A stretch of DNA of 32,000 nt from Bacteroidaceae bacterium (GTDB lineage: Bacteria > Actinomycetota > Coriobacteriia > Coriobacteriales > Eggerthellaceae): NCBI GenBank assembly GCA_963604935.1, contig CAVCRX010000061.1, positions 143,593 through 175,592 of the forward strand, read 5' to 3'. Position 1 is the stretch's first letter; every line of letters starts with the position of its first letter. Of this stretch, positions 17,775 through 24,241 are shown piece by piece. Below the pieces are notes generated by a model that saw only the letters and a program-made list of their open reading frames with translations, had not been told where the DNA came from and made no database searches. The position numbers and the translations under genes were made by a program.

Positions 17775-17808
17775 ACCTAGCTAGATATTAGCGCTTGTAG
17801 GCGTTAGG

Positions 17809-17849
17809 AAGCGCCCGGCGAAATCCACTCAGGCTATAGCCGGGCGCTT
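17809..17849. terminator. GC-rich hairpin between convergent ettA and rbr (terminator-like, no clear U-tract)
   Basis: AAGCGCCCGGC (17809-17819) pairs with GCCGGGCGCTT (17839-17849) around a 19-nt loop. Confidence 0.4.
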
Positions 17850-17915
17850 ACCCTAATTAAATCGGTGCAAATTCATCGGGCGCTTAACAAAGCTCTTTGG
17901 CAAGCCCCTAAGCTC

Positions 17916-18455
17916 TTAGTAGTTCTCGGCGTGAATCTCGAAGAAAGACTGAGGATGTGCGCAAACGGGGCAAACCTCGGGAGCCTGAGTGCCTACAACA
18001 ACGTGACCACAGTTACGGCATTCCCATACCTTGACCTCGGACTTCTTGAATACTTCCTGAGCCTCAACGTTGTGGAGCAGGGCACGATAGCGCTCCTCAT
18101 GCATCTTTTCAATAGCGGCAACGCCACGGAACTTTGCAGCCAGCTCGGGGAAGCCCTCTTCCTCAGCAGTCTTTGCAAAACCATCGTACATGTCGGTCCA
18201 CTCGAAGTTCTCACCCTCGGCAGCAGCTACCAAGTTCTCAGCGGTAGTGCCGATGCCTTCGAGCTCTTTGAACCACATCTTGGCATGCTCTTTTTCGTTA
18301 TCAGCAGTCTTTAAGAACAAGGCAGAAATCTGTTCAAAGCCTTCCTTCTTAGCCTTAGCTGCAAAGTAGGTGTACTTGTTGCGTGCCTGAGACTCGCCCG
18401 CAAATGCCTCGAGCAGATTCTTCTCGGTCTGAGTGCCAGCATACTTATTTGCCAT
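17916..18455 (-). CDS. rbr: Rubrerythrin (classical order: N-terminal diiron domain, C-terminal rubredoxin-like domain)
   Basis: 179 aa with a GAAGGAGGA RBS. Begins [28 protein letters not shown]. ExxH motifs EKEH and EKMH. C-terminal CRNCGH...CPVCAH. Confidence 0.9.
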   Translation of the reverse strand: MANKYAGTQTEKNLLEAFAGESQARNKYTYFAAKAKKEGFEQISALFLKTADNEKEHAKMWFKELEGIGTTAENLVAAAEGENFEWTDMYDGFAKTAEEEGFPELAAKFRGVAAIEKMHEERYRALLHNVEAQEVFKKSEVKVWECRNCGHVVVGTQAPEVCPVCAHPQSFFEIHAENY

Positions 18456-18518
18456 GTAACATCCTCCTTCTGATCCATGAGCAGCGTCTCGCCGCCCCAG
18501 CGCAGATCCTCTTCTGAA

Positions 18519-18971
18519 CTACGCTTTGTTATTCGTGCTTTCCTTCTGTTTCTGCGGCCTTAGCTTTTGGCAATCAGGGCATAAGCCTTTGAACAAAGTC
18601 TGGTGACTTACCACCTGAAAGCCCGAAGTCTTTGCCACGAGTTCATCGTAGGCTTTTTGGTACTCAAGAGGAGCATCAACAACCGAACCGCACTGAACGC
18701 ACATCATGTGATAATGAGGGTCGCAACGCAGGTCAAAACGGTTAGCCACTGGGGCTGCAACCTGCTGAATCTCGCCATTTTCATCAAGAAGATTAAGATT
18801 GCGATACACCGTTGCGCGGCTTACTTTGCTGTTGCGATCATGCACATCCTGATAAATCTGCTCGGCAGTAGGATGATCGTAATGCTCACGCACCACATCG
18901 AGTACCAAACTGCGCTGCTTCGTATTGCGCTGCTTGGGAGCCTTCTGATTTTCGTCTGCGCTATTCGCCAT
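18519..18971 (-). CDS. perR: Fur-family regulator, PerR-like (peroxide-stress repressor)
   Basis: 150 aa with a GGAAGGAGGA RBS. TKQRSLVLDVV...HPTAEQIY...VSRATVYRNLNLL and paired CxxC motifs (CVQCGS, CPDCQK). It lies 63 nt upstream of rbr on the same strand. Confidence 0.8.
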   Translation of the reverse strand: MANSADENQKAPKQRNTKQRSLVLDVVREHYDHPTAEQIYQDVHDRNSKVSRATVYRNLNLLDENGEIQQVAAPVANRFDLRCDPHYHMMCVQCGSVVDAPLEYQKAYDELVAKTSGFQVVSHQTLFKGLCPDCQKLRPQKQKESTNNKA

Positions 18972-19013
18972 TGATCCTCCTTCCCTTATTTGCCCTTCGT
19001 GAACTCTGTTTTC

Positions 19014-19046
19014 ATTTTATTTTAAACAGTATTCGTTATCAATAAG
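19014..19046 (-). promoter_or_regulatory. Candidate perR-rbr promoter overlapped by a weak Fur/PerR-box-like AT-rich element
   Basis: On the minus strand, TTGATA (plus 19037-19042), a 17-nt spacer, then TAAAAT (plus 19014-19019), about 40 nt upstream of the start. CTTATTGATAACGAATACTG overlaps the -35; its first half, TGATAAC, matches a Fur half-site and the second half matches poorly. Confidence 0.4.
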
Positions 19047-19291
19047 AATTTGCTTGAGGCTGAGCGTGCAGAATACAGGGAGGGAGTGATGGGGGGAGGA
19101 ATAAAGGGGCGTAATGAAGAGTGCGGATAAAAGTTGGATCCGCAATACATGAAAAGCACCGTAAAGACGTGTACGATGCTTTAGGAATTAGTACAAACAG
19201 AGAGAAATGCGCACTAAGCTGCATATCGCATATAAGCACGTTGGGCCACATAACCGCGCCCCGTATAAACGAGCCAAACGAAAGAAGAAAC

Positions 19292-19786
19292 ATGGATGCA
19301 AATGCATATAAACGCTGGTCAGCCCCCTTACGCGAACATCCACGCGGTGCTGCCATCGTTATAGGCTCCAACAAAATACTCACCTATATTGGCTATGCAA
19401 TTTATCCTCTTTTACTTATCATCCTGGCTGTTTTGGGCGACCCTTTCTTCCTGCAGGCACTTTTGGTCCCTGCAATCTGCTTTATTGCCGTAAGCGCGCT
19501 ACGCAAAATTATCAATCGCGCACGCCCCTATGAAACTTTAGACATCGACCCTGTAATTAAGAAGAATACGCAAGGTAAATCCTTTCCCAGTAGGCACACT
19601 TTTAGCATGGCTATGATAGCTATGACCTGGCTTTATTGGTACTTGCCGGTGGGCCTTATTCTGCTGGTGTTTACTGTTGGTATGGCGCTAGTACGCGTGA
19701 TGGGCGGAGTCCATTATCCAAGTGATGTATGCGCAGGAATCCTCATTGCTGTCATTTGCAGCATAATCGGATTCTGGATTATTTAA
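19292..19786 (+). CDS. PAP2-family (type 2 phosphatidic acid/undecaprenyl-PP-type) membrane phosphatase
   Basis: 164 aa from ATG 19292; the track extension to 19121 is non-hydrophobic and unlikely to be real. Motifs: KIINRARP, FPSRH, VRVMGGVHYPSD. Confidence 0.75.
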   Translation: MDANAYKRWSAPLREHPRGAAIVIGSNKILTYIGYAIYPLLLIILAVLGDPFFLQALLVPAICFIAVSALRKIINRARPYETLDIDPVIKKNTQGKSFPSRHTFSMAMIAMTWLYWYLPVGLILLVFTVGMALVRVMGGVHYPSDVCAGILIAVICSIIGFWII

Positions 19787-19872
19787 CTAGGTTACCCTGT
19801 AGCATTGTTTAAATTGAAAATCCGGCAGCACTTACGCGGCATTAGTTAGCAGATAATACCAAAAGGCAAAAG

Positions 19873-20568
19873 ATGAAAGCTATCGCACATATTCACACTG
19901 ATTATCACCAAAAGTTTGGCATCCCCCGCAATGCTGGGCTCGCCGCAGATACTCAAGGCACCATCGTGTTTGAACCCGAGTTCGCCAACCCCGAGGCAGT
20001 GCGCGGCTTGCAAGAGTTTAGTCATCTTTGGCTTATTTGGCAGTTCGAAAATACCGATCGCGATCACTGGCGTCCGACCGTTCGTCCGCCGCGCCTGGGT
20101 GGATCCCGTCGCATGGGAGTGTTTGCCACGCGCTCCCCTTTTAGGCCAAACCCACTGGGTCTTTCCTGCGTAAAACTTGATTCTGTTGAGATTATCGATG
20201 GTATTCCTTATGTCCACGTTTTAGGGGCTGACCTGCGCGATAACACTCCTATTTTCGATATTAAGCCCTACTTGCCCTTTGCCGACTGCCACCCCGAAGC
20301 CAATGGGGGCTGGACCGACGACGAACCTTGGCAACCGCTCGAGGTGGATTTCCCCGACGAAGAGCTTGCAAAAGTTAAAGAAGAAAAGCAGGCAGGCCTT
20401 ATCGAGGCACTTGCGCAAGACCCCAGGCCTCCCCTACAAAACGACCCAAGCAAAACTTACGCCATGGCTTTTGCAGGTTACAACGTTCGCTTTACCGTAG
20501 ACGAGCCAGTGCTTCACGTTGTCCAGGTAGAAACGCTTGATGCAGGCACCTTTGGCTTTGACCTGTAG
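19873..20568 (+). CDS. trmO: TsaA/TrmO-family tRNA (m6t6A37) methyltransferase
   Basis: 231 aa. IAHIHTDYHQKFGIPRNAGL...FSHLWLIWQFE...RPPRLGG..MGVFATRSPFRPNPLGLS is typical of the YaeB/TsaA fold. Confidence 0.8.
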   Translation: MKAIAHIHTDYHQKFGIPRNAGLAADTQGTIVFEPEFANPEAVRGLQEFSHLWLIWQFENTDRDHWRPTVRPPRLGGSRRMGVFATRSPFRPNPLGLSCVKLDSVEIIDGIPYVHVLGADLRDNTPIFDIKPYLPFADCHPEANGGWTDDEPWQPLEVDFPDEELAKVKEEKQAGLIEALAQDPRPPLQNDPSKTYAMAFAGYNVRFTVDEPVLHVVQVETLDAGTFGFDL

Positions 20569-20686
20569 CTAGGATTAGCGTTTTCGCGAAGTTCGCTCTA
20601 GGCAGAGTTTGTTTTAGACAACACTCGCTCTAGGTAGTTCACACTTGGCAAAACCGGAACCCAACCGAACTATTGGCTCAATTGAG

Positions 20687-22255
20687 CTATTTTGCTTTAA
20701 CGCTTTTGACGGAGCTCCAGGCAGAATAGTATTTTTTGCTACCTACTTTCTTATAGCTACGCAGCTGAACGTAATAGCGCTTCTTTTTCTTGAGCTTTTT
20801 CAGTGTCTTTGTGTTGGCGTTTGCCTTGCTAACACTTACCACTTTTGCACTCTTCATTTTCTTGGATTTTGAGTATTTAATTTGATAACCCGTTACTCCT
20901 GAACTGGCCTTTTTCCAGCTAACTTTAATGGCTTTCTTCTTTGCCTTGAGCTTTATACCTTTGACCTTCTTTAAAGTTATGTAGCTTGAAGCTTGCGCAC
21001 TTGAAGCTTGGGGAGAAGGGGATGCCACAGGAGAACCATCAAAATACTCTGCCTTAAACGAAAGAGTAGTTTCGCTGCTTACGGCCTTGAGTTTTACTGA
21101 TTTACCACTTGCTTGCCAAGCCATCTGAGCAAGCGCATAGGCCACATTGGCATTGTAAATTTGCTCCGTATAAGGACTCTCCGAATTTAGCCCGTCCGCG
21201 CTAATTACAAATTCCGTACTTCCGCTATCGAGCTGATCTTGAACTCTATTTTTGTAAGCCGCTGCCCACTTACTAGCTTCGCCGTTTCTTACGTAATAGC
21301 TGTTACGTAAATCCGTCGAGCGATACTCGTAATTTTCTACCTGATACTGAGCGCTTAAATCGGAATGCACGGCGGACATCAATTCGTCGGTAAGCCCAAA
21401 ATAATAATGACGCATGTTAAAACCATACCAAGCATCATTGTTGTCATCCCAGGTAGGATCAACCTGACACCACTTGCCATCAATCTTTACAGCATTCCAT
21501 GTGTGCCCATTGCCGGTAATTCGCCCATTTGCAATTCCTGCCGCATTCAGGAGTTTTGCGTAAGCTCGTTGGTAACTTTCACAAGTTCCCGTGCCACGAG
21601 TAAGCGCGCTTTCGGCGGAACACCAATTAAGCGAATTGTCGTATTCAAGCTGGTCAAGGAGCCAGTCATGCAACCATAGCGCCATCTGATATTCGGAACC
21701 ATCCGTGTTTGATCGTGCCTTGGCTACCGCAGTTTTCACAATCTGATCAACGGACGGACGCACAGAATCATCGACAGAAAGAGTAGCTAAGGTTCTAAGG
21801 TAGTAAATTCCATTATCGGAATCCATAAAATAGAAATAGATACCATAGGTGCCCGAAGCGCTGAATTCAAATGAAAAATCACAGCCTTCGTCTCCAATCG
21901 AAGCATAATTGCTCCAAGCCGCTCGAGATGGATCACATACGCTCTCGGATGTATTGCCAAAACCGTAAGCAGGCCACCAATAGGTCGGAACATCCATTCG
22001 GGCTTTAGCATTAACGGATGCGCCCTCGGCTGAAACATGAAACTTTGTTGCCTGACCAGCGGGAACATCATCGTTCCAGGAGACAGTAAAAGTAACACCG
22101 TTTGAACTTGCTGTGCTTGACTGCTCGGCCGCCCAAGCATATTGAGGGACCATAAACTGCACGCAAACAAACAATGCCGAACAAAGCAACAAAAGAGGCA
22201 AAAAGAAAGCCGCAAGCGCAGGCTTAACACCTATGCACACTTGCGGCTTATTCAT
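20687..22255 (-). CDS. Secreted transglutaminase-like (papain-fold Cys-His-Asp) protein with a Lys-rich FN3-like C-terminal module
   Basis: 522 aa with an AGGTGAG RBS. N-terminal signal/TM: AAFFLPLLLLCSALFVCVQFMVPQYAWA. Transglutaminase core: GTGTCESYQRAYAKLLNAAGI...GHTWNAVKIDGKWCQVDPTWDD. The C-terminal 90 aa contain 29 Lys. Confidence 0.8.
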   Translation of the reverse strand: MNKPQVCIGVKPALAAFFLPLLLLCSALFVCVQFMVPQYAWAAEQSSTASSNGVTFTVSWNDDVPAGQATKFHVSAEGASVNAKARMDVPTYWWPAYGFGNTSESVCDPSRAAWSNYASIGDEGCDFSFEFSASGTYGIYFYFMDSDNGIYYLRTLATLSVDDSVRPSVDQIVKTAVAKARSNTDGSEYQMALWLHDWLLDQLEYDNSLNWCSAESALTRGTGTCESYQRAYAKLLNAAGIANGRITGNGHTWNAVKIDGKWCQVDPTWDDNNDAWYGFNMRHYYFGLTDELMSAVHSDLSAQYQVENYEYRSTDLRNSYYVRNGEASKWAAAYKNRVQDQLDSGSTEFVISADGLNSESPYTEQIYNANVAYALAQMAWQASGKSVKLKAVSSETTLSFKAEYFDGSPVASPSPQASSAQASSYITLKKVKGIKLKAKKKAIKVSWKKASSGVTGYQIKYSKSKKMKSAKVVSVSKANANTKTLKKLKKKKRYYVQLRSYKKVGSKKYYSAWSSVKSVKAK

Positions 22256-22267
22256 AAACTCACCTAT

Positions 22268-22384
22268 CGTCGGGCTTATCTAAGCGTCAAATTTACCAAA
22301 CTGTCGGGTTTGTTGAACCATCAGGTTTGTTGAACCGTCGAGTTTATCAAAGCATCGGGTACGTTGAACCCTGTTTTATCAAAG
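22268..22384. repeat. Seven tandem degenerate 17-nt repeats between the thrH stop and the RBS of the transglutaminase-like gene
   Basis: Plus-strand units: CGTCGGGCTTATCTAAG / CGTCAAATTTACCAAAC / TGTCGGGTTTGTTGAAC / CATCAGGTTTGTTGAAC / CGTCGAGTTTATCAAAG / CATCGGGTACGTTGAAC / CCTGTTTTATCAAAG. Confidence 0.8.
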
Positions 22385-22400
22385 GGACTAACGAGAAAGA

Positions 22401-23000
22401 CTAACGTGCAGCCTTGATTGCCTCGAGCAAATCATTGTAGTTATCAAAGGCAGGGACCTGGGGGTATTCCTGCTTGATGGCTTCGGTCGTATTAAACAAA
22501 AAGCCCGTTTTGCCGTTCAGAATCATGCCCAGGTCGTTGTGGCTATCGCCAACACAAATTGGCTCCATGCCGCAGCTCTGCAAAGCCTTGATAGTTGTTA
22601 GTTTGCTCTGTTCGCAGCGCATTTTGTAGTTAGTGATTTTGCCGGTTTCATCGGTAATCAAGCTATTGCAGAAGATAGTAGGATTGCCCAGCTTGGCCAT
22701 CAAAGGAGCAGCAAACTGCTCAAAGGTGTCCGAAACAATGATGACGGAAATTTCTTTTTCCAACGCGTCCAAGAATTCCTTAGCGCCAGGCAGCGGATCA
22801 AGCGTCTGCGCAACCTTTTGGATGTCGGGCAAGGTCATTCCATGCTCAGCCAGAATTTCTAAGCGATAACGCATGAGCTTGTCGTAATCGGGTTCGTCAC
22901 GCGTAGTTTTACGGAGCTCAGGGATTCCCGCCGCATCGGCAAAAGCAATCCAAATTTCAGGAAGTAATACACCTTCAAGATCTAGGCATGCAACATTCAT
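22401..23000 (-). CDS. thrH: ThrH-like HAD hydrolase (phosphoserine phosphatase/homoserine phosphotransferase family)
   Basis: 199 aa with a GAAGGAG RBS. MNVACLDLEGVLLPEIWIAFADAAGIPELRKTTRDEPDYDKLMRYRLEIL...IIVSDTFEQFAAPLM...GDSHND closely follows the ThrH pattern as I recall it. Confidence 0.8.
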   Translation of the reverse strand: MNVACLDLEGVLLPEIWIAFADAAGIPELRKTTRDEPDYDKLMRYRLEILAEHGMTLPDIQKVAQTLDPLPGAKEFLDALEKEISVIIVSDTFEQFAAPLMAKLGNPTIFCNSLITDETGKITNYKMRCEQSKLTTIKALQSCGMEPICVGDSHNDLGMILNGKTGFLFNTTEAIKQEYPQVPAFDNYNDLLEAIKAAR

Positions 23001-23027
23001 GAGTGCTCCTTCGCTTTAGTTGGTTCG

Positions 23028-23057
23028 ACCGCAATTGCAAACGTGCACCGCAATTGC
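23028..23057. promoter_or_regulatory. Two direct copies of ACCGCAATTGC (each containing the palindrome GCAATTGC) just upstream of the thrH RBS
   Basis: Copies at 23028-23038 and 23047-23057 (19-bp period), 28-57 nt upstream of the start codon at 23000. Confidence 0.35.
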
Positions 23058-23129
23058 GATGGAGCGCATGTTACCCCAAAAGAAAGCGTGAGGAAGATAT
23101 AACCTACCAAGTTGATAGGCTTTAAGCGT

Positions 23130-23360
23130 GAGCGGTAGTTCTGGGGCTCTTTTGTGCTTAATACGAGTAGTTGTTCTGAGGCTAGCTTCCTGACGCAAGC
23201 GCTTGGTTGAGCGGTTATTTCTGTGGTTACCTATACGCAAAGGTGCACTAACGCAAGCACTTGGTCGCGCGGATGTTTGAACTCGATTTTGCATCCACCT
23301 GTGAAGGATTTTGCGGTAAGAAGGGCTTGTCTAAGCGCTTAACTATAAGTAACGCAAGAC
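23130..23360. repeat. Degenerate direct repeats filling the Trm9-like/thrH intergenic region
   Basis: GAGCGGTAGTTCTGGGG (23130), GAGTAGTTGTTCTGAGG (23165), GAGCGGTTATTTCTGTGG (23209), GCGCGGATGTTTGAACTC (23267). In addition ACGCAAGCGCTTGGT (23193), ACGCAAGCACTTGGT (23251) and ACGCAAGAC (23352). Confidence 0.5.
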
Positions 23361-23375
23361 TAGTTATTTAGCCAA

Positions 23376-24203
23376 CTAAAGGCGGCGCAAGACCAGATAT
23401 TTATTAAGGTTGCCCGTGCGCCCGTCGGCGTCAAATTGAGCTTCAAGCTCTGCGCATCCGGTATTAGCAAGCGCCAAAATCAATGCGTCAATTTCTTCAT
23501 TACTAAAGGAATGGCAATAGCGATAAACACCTGATACTTTTTGCCAACCAAGAAGGTGGTCCCCTACTTCAAGATCTTCTTCGTCTAGCTGCAAATCAAG
23601 CAAGGCTTGCTCGCGCAGATCCTGGGCTTGTTCAGCCAGTTTGGGGCTCTTCATAAATTGCCAGAAAGAAACAACTATCACACCACCCGGGCGGACCAAT
23701 TCGCAAAGCGAACGCAGAACAAATTCGCGCGTGCTAGCACCAGGCACATGATGCATAAAACCAAAGCAGACCAAGGCATCTGGCTGTACCGCAGAATGGA
23801 TATCTAAGAGTGGCGTCTGATCAAGAGCTTGTGTGATTAGATCGAGGTCTTGAAATGAGGCTAGTTTTATCTTTGACGAGACCTCATCAAGTAAATCTGG
23901 ACGCGCTTGATTAAGCAAGTCAGCACCATAATCTATAGCACTAAGCTCAACCGTAAGCTCTGGACACTTCATCTTAAGATAGGACTCAAAACGCAAGTTT
24001 CCGCATGCCACATCCATTAAGTTTAAGGAAGGGTTTGCGAGGCCAAGCAGGGTTGTGGTACTCGCTGCAACAGACTCCAAATAAGGCAAGCACTTAGCCC
24101 AGCCAGGCCAGCCCGCTTGACGCGTCTGCGAAAATGATTGCGCCTGCTCCGCGTAAAAGCGGCTTGTAGCAGCATTGAGTATGTTGGCGACTCGGCGTTC
24201 CAT
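23376..24203 (-). CDS. Class I SAM-dependent methyltransferase with Trm9/ALKBH8-like motifs (candidate tRNA cm5U34 methyltransferase)
   Basis: 275 aa from ATG 24203 (MERRVANILN...). Motifs: SFSQTRQAGWPGW, LMDVACGN, ELVRPGGVIVVSFWQF, YRYCHSFSNEEI. A TAAAAT box lies 7 nt upstream of the ATG, so the transcript may be leaderless. Confidence 0.7.
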   Translation of the reverse strand: MERRVANILNAATSRFYAEQAQSFSQTRQAGWPGWAKCLPYLESVAASTTTLLGLANPSLNLMDVACGNLRFESYLKMKCPELTVELSAIDYGADLLNQARPDLLDEVSSKIKLASFQDLDLITQALDQTPLLDIHSAVQPDALVCFGFMHHVPGASTREFVLRSLCELVRPGGVIVVSFWQFMKSPKLAEQAQDLREQALLDLQLDEEDLEVGDHLLGWQKVSGVYRYCHSFSNEEIDALILALANTGCAELEAQFDADGRTGNLNKYLVLRRL

Positions 24204-24241
24204 GTGCCAGATTTTAGCCCAAGACCCGTATAATGGCAGCC
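24204..24241. promoter_or_regulatory. 38-bp divergent control region with two back-to-back -10 boxes, each 7 nt from an ATG
   Basis: Plus strand: TATAAT 24229-24234, 7 nt, ATG 24242. Minus strand: TAAAAT (plus 24211-24216), 7 nt, ATG 24203. Neither start has a Shine-Dalgarno sequence. Confidence 0.45.

Noticed and set aside
19078-19109. G-run cluster GGGAGGGAGTGATGGGGGGAGGAATAAAGGGG as a G-quadruplex motif in the perR/PAP2 spacer
   Set aside because: It has only four runs and a long last loop, it is an isolated occurrence, and there is no positional logic I can defend from sequence alone.
19121-19291. 57-codon N-terminal extension of the PAP2 ORF
   Set aside because: The extension is non-hydrophobic with atypical composition. 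The internal ATG at 19292 yields a protein that starts just before the first TM segment, as is usual for PAP2 enzymes.
22268-22384. CRISPR array
   Set aside because: The 17-nt units are directly adjacent with no spacers. They are degenerate and far shorter than CRISPR repeats, and no cas genes are in the window.
23016-23294. 92-aa minus-strand ORF in the thrH upstream spacer
   Set aside because: It is Arg/Ser/Thr-rich and low-complexity, it lacks an RBS, and it lies entirely within degenerate DNA repeats. It is most likely an artefact.
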